A DNA stretch of 64,000 nt from Podarcis tiliguerta. Lineage: Eukaryota. Position numbers and translations under genes: made by a program. The DNA is taken from NCBI GenBank assembly GCA_965153285.1, contig OZ229110.1; one strand, written 5' to 3'. Below, piece by piece: positions 35,777-49,790 of the stretch. Under the pieces are notes generated by a model. It ran no database searches. It was not told where the DNA came from and worked only from the letters and a program-made list of their open reading frames with translations. Numbering within the stretch: position 1 is the stretch's first letter; every line of letters begins with the position of its first letter.

Positions 35777-36631
35777 TAGCACACTTTTCCCTTTGTCCTT
35801 AGTTTGAGCATCTTCAACATCCATGACACCTTTGGTAAAGGCTGTTCTCCAATTGGAGCGCTTGCAGGCCAGTGTTTGCCAGTTGTCTGTATACTACAAT
35901 TTTTGAGATTTGTCTCTTGAGTCTTTAAACCTCTTTTGTTGACCACTCTCATTACACTTTCCATTACGCTTACCATTTTTAAGTTCAGAATAGAGTAGTT
36001 GCTTTGGAAGACAATAATCAGTCATGTGAACAACATGACCAGTCCAATGAAGTTGATGTTGAAGAATCATTGCTTCGACACTGGTGATCTCTGCTTCTTC
36101 TAGTACACTGGCATTAGTTCGCCTGTCTTCCCAAGTGATGTGTACAATTTTTTGGAGACATGGTTGATGGAATCTTTCAAGGAGTTGGAGATGGCGTTTA
36201 TAAGTGGTCCCTGTTTTACACTCGTACAGTAATGTTGATAGTGCGATGGCTGCGTAGACAAGCATTTTGGTTTCCCTGCAAATGTCCCGGTCCTCAAACA
36301 CTGCACTTCAGTTGGGAGAAAGCTGCACTTGCAGAGTTCAGGCGATGCTGGATTCTGGCATCAATGTGAGCCGTTGTGGAAAGATAACTGCCCAGGTAGG
36401 AGAAGTGATTGACACTTTCCAATGTTACACCATTGAGTTGGATTTGTGGCGCTGCAGAGGGGTTGTTTTGTGCTTGTTGGTGCAGCACTTTGGTTTTTTG
36501 GATGTTGAACAATAGGGCAGGCTTCTCATAAGCTTCTGCGAAGATATTTAGGATGGTTTTGAGGTCATCCTCTGAGTGTGCACACACTATGTTGTCATCA
36601 GCAAACTGAAGCTCTATGATGGAAGTTGCAG
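35777..36631 (-). mobile_element. RTE-clade LINE (non-Bov-B) reverse transcriptase fragment, frameshifted
   Basis: ORFs 36294..36644 and 35894..36301 encode LQFADD...KTKV...FSYLGS...LLYEC...LERFHQ...WTGHVVHM..LPKQLLYSEL. Confidence 0.9.
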
Positions 36632-39320
36632 AGAACCTTAGCAAAGGTAAGGTTCTCTGCTTTGTATTTAAAGCTGAGCCAAGTTTCTTTGAAAGAGAAG
36701 GTTAAAACAGGAATGGGATGGAGAAGCACATGAGTTTAACACATCTTTTGCCCTCGTGGATGCCTCTGTATGTAGTGCTCAAGCATTAGAGCTGTGCTCA
36801 AGCACAGCTAATATTTCATTGCCTGACCAGTTTGGCTCTCGTTGGCAAGATTCTGCTCCTACTCCTATAAAAGTGTAAAACTTTTATAACTTTTTTTGTT
36901 GTTGTTTACTCTGCTTGTTTGAGGCACCTGTCTCTCTGCAGTGCTAGTGTAGCATCACAATTGTGGAAATACACAGCAACCATAGTTCTTGGTATATTCA
37001 TTTTAACTTCCTCAATGCACAGCACATCTTAGGATCAAGTTGTAAGAAGTGTAAAAGAGAACGTGTTATTGATAGATTTAATTAAATGATTAGTGACAGG
37101 ACAAAGTTTCTTTTTCATTTTTCTCCAGACAGCATGGACTGAATACTTTGCTATTATCTTGAGAATAACAGTCAGTTATGACATAAATTAATGCTAATGT
37201 TATATCTTGACAACTTCTGCTTTGGAAGTTTGTGCAAGATATTTATAACTATGGTTGAAAGAGATGTTATCAAGTTGTCTTGGACTAAATAAGTGAGGTT
37301 GTTGGTTTTTTTTTGCTCTGAACAGATATTAATTTCACTTCAAGAAAATTTCAAGATCTAAATATATGGAATCAATTGCATTAATGATAGACATTCCATA
37401 ACTGTGCTTTTACAGCTGAATTCATTTAAAACAGTTCTAAAATTGTACTTGAAATCTTGCATATGCCAATAAATAATTGGGTAATTTATAGGAAAAAAGA
37501 ATGTAGGAGTTATTCATGTTAGGTTTTTTATTCACATGGGAAAAGGATGAAGGCCCTGATCCAGTTCTTGCTGTGGATAACTAGTTGCATGCACTAATTG
37601 GCGACAGGGGATGAGGCTATATGCACCCCAGTGTACCTCAAAAGATACCTGTTTGTTAATCTCCCATTTCTGGTTTGGGGCATGGGTATTTTTGTTAGCT
37701 GTAATACATTTTTGAGTGTTTATCACAAAAGGGCAATGTAATATACTGGAATCAAATTAAATCTTTTGAAGGCATACACAAGGACACACTGAATGTTGTT
37801 TAACCTCCCTGAGATACAATCCCTCTTTAATTTTGGTGATTGTACATATATATTCTGTTTATTTTGTTGAAATAGTGATAACTTTTAAAGAATTATTAAA
37901 AGAAAAGAGGGATGTAAAGTTTTTAGAAGTAGCATTATTTTGACATCCCTTTGAAAACAAAATCAATTACTGAAGTAGGGCGCTTTCGGACATCATCATT
38001 ATGGCTGGCTAAACCATGGCTTAGCTGGCAAGGAACAAAAGTGTACTGGTTCTGGTTAGCTTAAACTATAGTCTCCTGTTATGGAGTTGCTCAGAGTTTG
38101 AAACTGTAATTGATACATCGGGCTAATGCTTTTTGCAGTAGCCAAATATCTATAATATTAGAAAAGATGGTATATTTCCATGAAATAATGCTTTGATATA
38201 ATGCAGACTAGTTCTTTTTTGAGTTGTACAGCACTTACTGAACTGTATATAGTAATTGGAGCTAGTGAAGAGAATATGTTTTAATGGCTGTGCTTCTGAA
38301 TAAGACATCTTACGATTTGAATATTTGGTGTATTGGAAAATAATCTCCCAAAGTACTGCTATTTGTTTAAAATGCCTTCCAGTAAAACTGCCAGGTTAGT
38401 ATACAGTCCGAATTGGGGCAGTCATTGTAGTGCCCTCCACATGTTGGATTATAGCGCCCATCATCTCTGACCATTGGCCATGCTGGCTGGGGCCGATGGG
38501 AGTCCAGCAACATCTGGAGAGCATCATGTTGGCAGTCCTTGGGGTAAATCAACAGTTAGAGTATAAGCTCTAAAAAGGCAACCAGTAAAAACCAGTAAAT
38601 CCACCCAAACACCACTGAAACCTATTATAAAACGTGCAGGGGAAATCTTTTAAATGTCTTTGCCCTTTCCTGAAAAGATACAGGCAAGAACATTTGACAG
38701 CCAGTAGATTCTCTAGGGAGGGCACCATGATTGAAAAGGTCCACTGACTGCCAATTAGTTTCTAGACCTAATTCAAAATGCTGGTTTTGACTTATAAAGC
38801 CTTAAACAGCCCAAGACCACAATACCACAAGGACTGCCTTGTTCTCATTTTGCATTGTGATATGTGGTATACAAATTTTACACACAAACACACACATATC
38901 GGCATCACTATGGTGTGCGTAAATGTTGGTCCTGGACATAGTCTAGGGCAGAGATGGCCTTTTGGACATTGTTGGACCCCAACTCCTATCAGCTTCTGTC
39001 TGTGGCAAAAGCTTATGCGAGTTTAAAGGAATATGCATTTCTGTGATTTCTGTGTTTTCAATGTTTTTCGTCCCCTCTTGCAAATATGCATCATTATAAT
39101 TGCCAGTACTGTATTAATAGGTAAGCAATTTGCTTCTGGGTGCTGCTGTGTAAGATAGGTTAATTGTTAGCGTTACCAAGCGTTATGATCTGTTGGTATT
39201 GCTGGTTCTCTTCAGGCATCCCATACAAGTGATGGAGAATAGAGGGAACAAGCCTGTTAGCTCTATGTCACCTGCCCCTGTTTCCTTTTCCATCACTTTC
39301 CAACCCAGAGTTCTAAAATA

Positions 39321-39546
39321 CAGTGGTACCTCAGGTTACATATGCTTCAGGTTACAGACTCCGCTAACCCAGAAATAGTGCTTCAGGTTAAGAACTTTGC
39401 TTCAGGATGAGAACAGAAATTGTGCTTCAGCAGTGCGGCGGCAGCAGGAGGCCCCATTAGCTAAAGTGGTGCTTCAGGTTAAGAACAGTTTCAGGTTAAG
39501 AATGGACCTCCGGAACAAATTAAGTACTTAACCCGAGGTACCACTG
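39321..39546 (+). mobile_element. Tc1/mariner MITE, family 1
   Basis: TIRs and TA TSD. Confidence 0.93.
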
Positions 39547-40867
39547 TAGGCTGGTTGCCTCCACAAATGCAAAACGCCTCCCCACCCATGGCAAACAGTG
39601 TCCTTCCACAAGTTGGAAGGTGGTGGCACCAAGTGTTTATTTCCCCCTACATGGAACACCTGAAGAGTGTTTTTCTTCTTATCTGACCGATGAATAATGA
39701 CAGGGTCACATAATTTTGTTCTGCTTCTTAAATTAAGCAAGAATGGGGACTTCCATTTTGCACCAGCCCAGATAGTGAATCTTTTAAAGCTGTGCCTTCT
39801 GTCATTCACCCCAAGGGCTTAAAACAGGTCCAGGCTTTCTAAATAATTATTTAAGTTCAGCTTGTGCTGTGAACTATAGGGAGTCATACATGTGGAACTC
39901 CCAAATGCATGACTGGCTGGGGGCGGAGTAGAACGAAGTGTCATACTTATAGACCCTTCTGCCAATATGGTACCCTACAGATATTGCAGGACTGATCACT
40001 GGCAATGCTGGATGGGGCTGGTGAGAGCTGTAGTCCCAACAACATCTGGACAGCAGCATTTTGGTTATTTTGGTTATTTCAGCTCTAATGAGTCTGTGCC
40101 TAGGAGAAAACCCTGCAATTTATTATTTTGTTCCATTCGCTGTATGTCTTCTGCAAATACTCTGCACAAATACCCCCTGCCTTTTTGCCTGTTTATACGT
40201 TATCTGTCAGAGAAACCAGGACATAACCAACACGTGCCTTAGGTATTAAACTTTTAATGTGTTTTCTCAACCTATAAAACCGTTTATACAACTCACGACT
40301 TGTCATATAGGTATGGAAAAAATACACCTGGTGTTGCCAATAGAACACTTTCTCCTTTCAGCTGTCATTACTCTAATAGACGTCTACCACGGTAATACTG
40401 AATAATGAGTTTTAAATTTTTGAAAGATTTATTTGAATCCCTTTATAGGGTTCTTTTTTTTTTAACTTCTAACTTTTTCCATACTTGCAGCATTCTTTTG
40501 AGTTCAGTGAGAGTGCCATGTGTGGAGACACTGCAGGGCTAATACCTTAAAGGGAAAAGAGAATACTCTTTTTGAGGCATTGCTAAGAGGGCCTTAAATG
40601 CTAGTCAGGACTTTGCTAAAACTGCTGGTGTTGCAGAGATGGATGAAAAGCTGGACTTTGGGGTCCATAGGCTGAACGTGTCTTTTCCTGTGTTACATTT
40701 TACTTGTAATTAGTATCTATCCCTAATAACTTAGATCTTTGGGAGAGTCTATGTCTGTGGTCCCCCATGGTTCAGATGCATGCCTGAACCAATCCTCTGG
40801 AATGTCCTTCCTTGCTAAAATTCAGGTGCTTGACAAAATCTTTCCTATTTCAGTAGGCATTTTAAGC

Positions 40868-40872
<5 letters not shown>

Positions 40873-40902
<30 letters not shown>
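40873..40902. repeat. (TC)n microsatellite
   Basis: Seen directly. Confidence 0.95.
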
Positions 40903-40904
<2 letters not shown>

Positions 40905-41327
40905 GAATTTAAATTTTTATTACTCTCTACATAGTTATTTTTTTTATGCACACTGCTTAGAAATTCTGAATAGTAAGACGTGTACAAATACCTGGAATGA
41001 ATAAATTGTTTTGATTTTTTTAATGAATTCATTGTTAGCCACTTTGAGTAGAAAAGTGGGATGTACTTATTTTTATAAAAACTTTTCAGCCATTTGAGAA
41101 TTATTGTCTCCTTTTTTTTCCTTTCATGAATATCGGATGATCATATGACTGTTCATATAAAATGCTTTAAGGGGGAAATATTCGTATTTAAATACTAGGA
41201 CATCTTCCCAGTTGGTCATTATTTCATCCATATGTTGCAAAGGAATGCACATTTTACAGGAAAATGTGAAACCCGATGAAGGGGGAAAGGGAAAAGTTCT
41301 GCATCCTATCCTTGTTGCTGAATTTGA

Positions 41328-42084
41328 TGTTGTTGTTGTTTAGTCATTTAGTCGTGTCCGACTCTTCGTGACCCCATGGACCAGAGCATGCCAGGCACTC
41401 CTGTCTTCCACTGCCTCCCGCAGTTTGGTCAGACTCATGTTTGTAGCTTCGAGAACACTGTCTAACCACCTCGTCCTCTGTCGTCCCCTTCTCCTTGTGC
41501 CCTCCATCCTTCCCAACATCAGGGTCTTTTCCAGGGAGTCTTCTCTTCTCATGAGGTGGCCAAAGTATTGGAGCCTCAGCTTCATGATCTGTCCTTCCAG
41601 TGAGCACTCAGGGCTAATTTCCTTAAGAATGGATACGTTTGATCTTCTTGCAGTCCATGGGACTCTCAAGAGTCTCCTCCAGCACCATAATTTAAAAGCA
41701 TAAATTCTTCGGCGACCAGCCTTCTTTATGGTCCAGTTCTCACTTCCATACATCACTACTGGGAAAACCATGGCTTTAACTATACGGACCTTTGTTGGCA
41801 AGGTGATGTCTCTGCTTTTTAAGATGCTGTCTAGGGTTGCCATCGCCTTTCTCCCAAGGAGCAGGCGTCTTTTAATTTTGTGACTACTGTCACCATCTGC
41901 AGTGATCATGGAGCCCAAGAAAGTAAAATCTCTCACTGCCTCCATTTTTTCCCTTCTATTTGCCAGGAGGTGATGGGCCCAGTGGCCATGATCTTCGTTT
42001 TTTTTATGTTGAGCTTCAGACCATATTTTGCGCTCTTCTCTTTCACCCTCATTAAAAGGTTCTTTAATTCCTCCTCACTTTCTG
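41328..42084 (-). mobile_element. 5'-truncated Bov-B LINE with an intact C-terminal reading frame
   Basis: ORF 41340..41945 (FTFLGS...KAMVFPVVMYGSE...WCWRRLLRVPWTARRSN...LKLQYFGH-like...HGVTKSRTRL), (CAA)n tail. Possible TSD tttgatgt at 41323 and 42100. Confidence 0.95.
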
Positions 42085-43097
42085 CTCCTTACTTTCACTT
42101 TTGATGTAGGCGCATGCATACCAAGGGCTATAAAATAAGTAAAAATCCAGTATGGTTTACATATGGATTAGGATTAATGAAAGTTTTTTTTTTTTTAAAG
42201 AAGCTTTGGCTTCGATGGAGTTGTAGTAAATCATTTACTGTGTCTCCACATTCAAGATTGGGCTACATGGTAAGGGCATTCTGTAAAGGCCTTTTTTAAT
42301 TGTTCTCTGTAGCAGCTATTACCCCATGGTAAACTGTTTTGCTGATTTTTCTATAGTCGATTTGGGGATGACTTTCCCACAATCTTAGGTAAGGTCCCAG
42401 CCTGATATTCAGGGAGGTGGTGGACGCTGATGATTGCAGAGGGAGAAGAGCGATGGGAAGATAATTTGCTCTATCATGTTTTCCATTCATGCGATGTTGG
42501 ATACAGCCCATTATATGGTTAAAAATAACAACCAGCCCGATAATTTGTAAGTCAGACCTTGCTGTAATTTATAGACCAAAACTGATTTGTGTTATGAATA
42601 CACATAACCTTCTCTCTCTCTTTTTCTAAATACTGCACCCATGATTTTTGTTTCGTTTGCTTTTGCAGAGAAACCTGACCTTTTAAATGCAAGTGGCTCA
42701 GTCCTAATTGACAGCACCGTGTATACAATTTTGCCAGTTCAACTTTTTGTTATCAGAGTTTAGAAAGCGGAGTCATCTCGGAGAAAATCAAGAATATTTA
42801 CTGATAGCACGACAGGCTCCAGGATCCTCGGCAACTTCGATGTCTTGCCGCCCTGAGCGTTAAAACCGTTCAGGTGGCGTAATGCTCTTTGTTTCTGCTT
42901 TTACCTTGAAGGTTCACAGCTGGCAACACTGTGTTTAAAAAACTATGCATTGCATAGGCAAAAATAGACAGCTGTATTTGTCCCCAAGGATCTTGCAACC
43001 AGAAAAGGAAGAAGCAACAGAAGGAGGGAAGGGACAAATGAAGACAGTGCAGTTGCGTGTGCTTAAAACCTGGTTACATCTGGGGGTGATGCTAAGG

Positions 43098-43417
43098 TAG
43101 GGGTCAGCAAACGTTTTCAGCAGGGGTCTGGTCCACTGTCCCTCAGACCTTGTGGGGGGCCGGACTGTATTTTGAAAAAAAATATGAATGAATTCCTATG
43201 CCCCACAAATAGCCCAGAGGTGTATTTTAAATAAAAGCACACATTCTACTCTTGTAAAAACACCAGGCAGGCCCCACAAATAACCCCCAGATTCATTTTA
43301 AATAAAAGGACACATTCTACTCATGTAAAAACACACTGATTCCCGTACCGTCCGCGGGCCGGATTTTGAAGGCAATTGGGCCAGATCCAGCCCCCGGACC
43401 TTAGTTTGCCTACCCAG
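43098..43417 (+). mobile_element. hAT MITE resembling OC1/OposCharlie1 derivatives
   Basis: ggggtcagcaaac...ccactgtccctcagacc...gggccggact...ggaccttagtttgcctaccc. Internal ~71-bp duplication at 43200/43271. Confidence 0.7.
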
Positions 43418-46400
43418 ATAAGCCAAAGGCCTTGCAGAGAAGGTGGCTTCTGAGGAGGGTTTAGAAGAGGTGACCTTTGCTGATGAAATGCTTTCCCAAG
43501 TTAAAAGGATTTAGCCCCAAACAGTTTCCAAAACACGATTAAGTCTCGCAAGAATTCTGACTTAAAAAGTAGGTTGTATTGAAAGCCATGCAAGATACTT
43601 GCAGATGAACACGGTGAGGATTGTGCTGGAAACAGCGCTTCTAGAAGACGACTTTCCCCTAAGATTTCCTATGCTTTAGCAGAAAATTCCAGCGGGTGAT
43701 TTCTAGAGCGGGACGGTGGGCAACAGGGTCTGCTGCATTTTTGACCCCCCATAGGTGGTTTCTTACCATGAGGAATATGCAGCACTATGTAAACATCATT
43801 TTTAGTGAATCTGTCCCTGTTCGGGTGCCTTTTCATTCCCCCCAGCCCTGCTCTGTTAATATTGAATAAGCAGAGACAGCAATGCTAGTGGTGAAAGACG
43901 TCAAGAAAGCCTGGGGGTCTTTTATATATGGTCAGACTTAAACCTCTGATTGCAGGGTTCTCTCCCCCCCCCCCCCAATTTCCCATTTCCAGGGCACTGC
44001 TAGTGTGACCTTGGCTGCTGAATTTGGTGCTCTGGATCTGTGAGATTCTCACATGTATTCGGAAATGGGCAACCAGGCATTGTTTACAGGACGCCAAATG
44101 AACCCTGCGCTCACAGCACATTGATAAACACACATTTCCTCCTTTTATCAGGGAGATTGCACAATGTGAAGTATGAGTTTCCAGTTGTACTCATTCCTTT
44201 CAAACCTTTTCCTGTTTAAGAATTGGGCTTTATTAATTGGATGCTGATCTGTCTCTAGATCTCCCTCCTCTCTCTCTCCACCCCCCTCCGCACCCGCCCC
44301 ACTGTTTCTTTTAAAGTCTGCTTATCAGTCCAAGGCTTACCTAGTGCAGGTCTGGCACCGCTTCAGAAAGAAACTTTCCATTTATTCATAAAGAGGAGGC
44401 TCATCCTTCTAAATGCAAAGTGAACACTAATTAACAGTAATGATTGCTAATCACTTTGCTTTTATATTCCTTTAGGAGCACTGCCATTATCCCTTAAGTG
44501 AAATGCTTGTATATGAATAAACAGTGCTGCATTTCAGTTTAGCAGCAGCTTTGTTCACAATCAGGATCTTAGTAAATTAGTCAGTTTTGTAATGTTGCCT
44601 TGCTACATGGGCAATAACAGATTTCGTTAAATACCCTTTGGAAACGACTTCGGAAATTGGGAATCATCTTGCCCCTTTTTTTGCCACATGTACAATTAAT
44701 AGGAAAATCTATTAAATAGTTCAGATCCATTTTGCAAAAGTTATCAAAACGTTTCTTTGTTGGGTATAGCCAGAATTCGCCTTTTTGTGACACATGCATG
44801 CCTGGACCTATGCAACTTCAGTAAGATAAGAATTTTAGCAAGCAATTTTCAATAAGGCAGATGAGCAGTGTTTATAGATGATGATCATGATGATGGTGTA
44901 TGCGTATGTGTGTGTGTAAATAATGTGTGTCCGTATAAAAACAACTTTGAAATCTGCTTTTTGTTTCAAACAAAAATGATACATTTCTTTTTGGGATTGA
45001 ACTCTCCATAGTCAACAGAGTTGCATATTCTGTATGATGGTATTAATAATCAGCAGCAATATATTTGAATGAAAAAGTGTGTGTGTGTATCATATTTAGT
45101 CATCTCACACTGCTGCATTGCAAAGCACAGGAATACATGCTTCAGTCCCTTTGAAATAAATGGGATGTGAGTGTTTGTGATGATGTACTGAATTCCAGGT
45201 GAGGGGCAGTGGCTTTCTACGGGTATAGAACTGGCATCCTGTTTCCTAATAAGTACACTAAAACTGCTGCTATTTTGTCCACATGTCAAAGAAAAAATGA
45301 TTTTACATTGGCATCTTTCAAACATGACTATTTCCAAAAAGGAAATCTCTGCACTACATTGATCAGCAAAATACATAATAATAATTATTAAAATAAGAAA
45401 ATGATTACCTCTTACATCGTCATGTAATGTTTTTATTGGAATTGTTTTAATGTTTTCGTTGCAGTTATTGCATTGTTAGCTTGCTTTATATTTGATATGA
45501 CCCACGCAGGAATCACTTGTTTGATGAAGTAAATGTTGGGTGTGATGTTTTGTAAAATATTGTTTGTTTTCATCAATGTCTTTAGCACTGTTTTTAAATG
45601 TAAGCTTTATATTTTTACTTCCTTTTCCTTAGTAGAAGTGCCCAACCTGCACATTTATTGATGATTGAAAAATAGAATTGGCCTTAAAAAAACCACCCCA
45701 ATATATAGTGATAATGTACTTATTCCTAATGATAGAAGTGCGTAACTGCTCACGCTGGTTCTTCATACTGATAGTAACTCGGGTTCCAGTAACCTGGTGC
45801 TTTTTTTGTTCTTGCAAAGAATAAGGGAGTGCTATGATTAGTTACCTTTTCTCACTGGGCAAACTACAAAGGAAAATGCCATATGTACGTACTGCGGTAG
45901 CTTTTTCAGTCTGACAGTCTGTTATGTGAAGTTTCTTCTTCTCCTCCAACCCCCCCCCCCCCCCACCTCAAGTCCAGTTGTCTTTCAGAAACCTTGCTTC
46001 AGTGTTTTTGGCTTACAAATGTATTAGGTTTAGTACATTTGCATCCCCTCCCCTACACTGTGGATTGGATATTTTTGACAGTTCCCTTTTTCATGCCACT
46101 GTAGCCCAAGGAAGGCTCCAAAGCTGATACAACACTGCCCTCTGTAGGCTGCCCGTTTGCAGTATCATGGGGCTGGGAGCTTTTAAACAACATTCAGGGC
46201 CAGAAAAGGCAAGATGCTAGATGTATCCTTAGCCTAGTCAGAATCTTATTTCTTCATACAAATGATTTGATTTTCGGCGGCTGCTTTACCTTCTGAAAAG
46301 TAATTATGAAAAGCAAAAGGCCGTTCTCTGAATTCTTTCAGATTTGCTCTCATATCAGTAATTGGTCGGTGGAATGTTTGAACAGCGCACACGTTCTTGT

Positions 46401-47850
46401 AATATCTGTCGGAACTTTAGCTTTAAAGAAATAAAAAGTTCAGGTTCGCAGAGCCTGTCACAAGCCAGCTCTCCCACAGAGAGGCAAATGAAGTTATGCA
46501 GATTTGTTTCAAGGGCTAGTTGGATATTGGACCACGTACACACACCCTGATGATTTTTTGTGTGGGGGCCACCTGAAAACCCCCAATTTCTTTTTTAAAA
46601 ATTAATACATTTTTACATTTTAAACAGCCTTGTCCCTTGCTGTTATGTCAGAAACCTTTTGTGCCCCCTCCCCAATTTGTCCATTATTTTTTAAAAAAAA
46701 ACGTGTTGTTTTTTTTAAAAAAAATTAGCACTCCCAAGGGACCCCTTCTGTGATTCTGGAATGTCAAAAGGTTTTTATGACCCCCTTCAAAACTCTTAAA
46801 TGTCCCCTTGGCCACACCTTTTTATCAGACACAGTCCAGGTTAACCATGGATCATTGCAGCCCTCAGGCTGAAAAATGTTGCCACCCCTGGCATGACCAA
46901 TCATGTGATTCGTGTTTTGGTAGATCATGTAGTTTGAGTTTCATAGCATCATCTTAGCTGAGAATATGTCTCTGGAATTATATGTGTGTAGTCTTAATAA
47001 CTCACCTTTATGAAGGTTGATGTCACATGGACTTGGACATAATTGTGCAACTGTTTTGAATTGTCTCCCACACTTACAGATCATTGTAATTAAACTCCCT
47101 TTTGTGTTGCTTAATTACGAGAACTTAATGAATAATACGGTCTTCTGAGGGCACTTCTACACCCATTGAGAAGATCATAAGGTGTAACGAAATCCTATAT
47201 GGAACCATGTAGGTCGGATGAGATCACTTTGTGTGCCCCTCTCCTTTTTAGGAATCCATTTCTCTTAAATACTCACGGAGTATGAGTAGTGGCAGCACAC
47301 ACAAACTGTACTTTTAAACTCCCCCATCCCCTTACCAAATGCCTAGTTCTGGCTGTTGAAAAAGATACTGCATTACAAAAACCAAACCATAGCTCAAGTT
47401 ATGTCACATTTAGCAAAAACTATGCCAGCAATTTTATTCTTGTTTTATCTGTAGTTGTGTTGCTTATAAAAGTATTATTTTAGGAGGGGGGTAGATTTAA
47501 GGTTGTGATTCAGTGTAATTGTGGAAAATGTTTGAAGTTTCTTTTTGTGTTTCACAAGTCTTGCATCGTTAAAGTAAAATATTTATCGTGAATAACCATT
47601 AGTGGCTACTCAAGACTATTCCAAGGGCAGAAGCAGTGAGCTTCTAGAAATTACATGCTGATAGTGAAATCATATTGTGTGTACAAGGATAATCACAATG
47701 TGCTAACAAACAGATTCGGCCAGCCAGGAATAGGAATGGGTGAGCTCCACTTCTAACATCTATAACTTTATAGAAACTGTGGAAGCTACTTAGAAGTCCA
47801 GATGTAAGTGCCATGGAGTTCAGCAGGGCTTACTCTTATGGAAGTGGGTA

Positions 47851-48092
47851 CAGTGGTACCTCGGGTTAAGTACTTAATTCATTCCGGAGGTCCGTTCTTA
47901 ACCTGAAACTGTTCTTAACCTGAAGCACCACTTTAGCTAATGGGGCGTCCTGTTGCCGCTGCGCCACCAGAGCACAATTTCTGTTCTCATCCTGAAGCAA
48001 AGTTCTTAACCTGTAGCACTATCTCTGGGTTAGCGGAGTCTGTCACCTGAAGAGCATGTAACCTGAAGCGTATGTAACCTGAGGTACCACTG
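47851..48092 (-). mobile_element. Tc1/mariner MITE, family 1, inverted relative to the other copies
   Basis: Reverse complement of the 18990-type interior. TA TSD. Confidence 0.93.
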
Positions 48093-49790
48093 TACTAGAC
48101 TGCAGTCAAGTTTCCTTGAAAGAGAAATACATTAACTAAATGTAGCATTGTGTATGAACCAATTTAAGGATGATATATATGGTCTGTGTTCATATCAGTT
48201 GCAGCATAAGTCACATAAACAGACCTTCTCTTAGTGACACAGAGCTTGCTTCCTTTCCCTAAGTGCCCCTTCACTTCATAGATTGGGACCCTTCTTGCAC
48301 ATCCAAATCAAGATAACCAGTGTGCACATCCAGGTTTGTGACAACAACTATCGTAAGGCAATTGTGACAAAATAGCTTATATTGTGGGGCATTAAAATTG
48401 TAGGAACATAGCCAGAACTTTCTGAAACACCAATGGAAGCTACAGCCCTATGCAGATTGACTTTGATGTAAGCTCTAATGAACTCTGTGTGACCTACCTT
48501 TAAGTAGCAAGCATGAGATCAAGCCTTAATGATGCAGATATACTCAGTGGTGCTTACTCCCAAGTAAAAGGGAACCGGTAATACATAATACAAATCTTGT
48601 GGTTGGTATCTAATTCCAAGCTGAACAGAAAAGAAGAAATATTTTTAAAGGAAAGCTCTGATGTACTCTAAGAGCACATGCCGTCTGTGAGGGTGATAAA
48701 GAGAGCAAGGTATATTTCCTTGGAAGTGAAGATAGCAAATTAAAGATTTAGTTTAATTAAAATAATGATAAATGTAGATTACATTACTGGGGACAATGAA
48801 TTATAGCTGCTCTGCCTAGCTGAGAACTTGTGTAATTTACTAAGACTCTACAAAGAAGTGACAGAGCACCCACTATAGACAGTTACGGGAAATGTCCTAT
48901 TTATTCTACGTATAGTTCTTTCTTTTTTAAATTAAAATGTCAGTGATAATTTTATAGCACTCCACCCCCCAAAAATAAAAAAAATAGAAAACAACCTTCT
49001 TTGATTTTCATCTTAGATGGCTTATGAAAGGACATTCTTGTGGTTTCTGACTAAAAGAAATATGTCATGAAAAGGAATTTATCCACTGTACATTTTAATT
49101 TTGTAGGCTGTTTTTTTTGCACTTGTTTTCAACAAAGTTTGTAACGTTTTACCAGTTAATCATTTTTATGTGTTCATTTATAAAGTCTCTGACTCAATTT
49201 AGAATGTTAACTCTGAAAAAAAGAGAAAAAAACTGCTGCAGAGTAATGGAAAAGTGGTAAACTTCAGTTGGGCCACCATTGTGCTGATTTAGCAGTAGCC
49301 TTAGTCATTATTCCCACTGTCACAAGTGCATCCAAAGTGTTTCGTTATAGCTTGGCCTGTATCATGTATATCTCCAGCCCCAGTGTTAACGTTGGTGGAA
49401 AAAGTTGTGAAATGGAAAATTTGGTGGAAAGCTTTTTCTTAAGAAACAGTGGTTCCAAAAACATTGTCTGTGATCTTCGACTCCTGCAACTTAGAAACAG
49501 GTCCATGTCTGGTAGGCCTCAGTGCCACAGCCTGCCCAGTGCCTCCTCACTTGCTTGCCCTGCCCTCTGGCCATGCCATAGACCTCTGGTTGCACCAGTG
49601 CAAGCCCCAGGAACTCCTTGCACAAGGTGGCCTGGAGATAGATAATTTTGTGGGGGGGACGGGGACAGGACAGACCATATGAAGACAGTTGCTGCTTGCT
49701 TTGAGAAAGTGTCTTATTTTATCTCTTTGTATTTTTCTTTATAAACGCTAATAAAATTTATTTTTATAAAATAAGAGAGAGAAAGTAAGT

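Noticed and set aside
37492-37523. Possible DPH6 exon 4 (ag|GAAAAAAGAATGTAGG... resembles the EKEEV start)
   Set aside because: In-frame TAG at codon 5, no GAILSDYQR motif and a poor polypyrimidine tract.
41340-41945. 201-aa ORF as a host gene
   Set aside because: It is the C-terminus of a 5'-truncated Bov-B reverse transcriptase ORF.
49480-49690. Possible Vingi/ingi-like LINE 3' remnant
   Set aside because: Only faint peptide resemblance, which I cannot support without a search.
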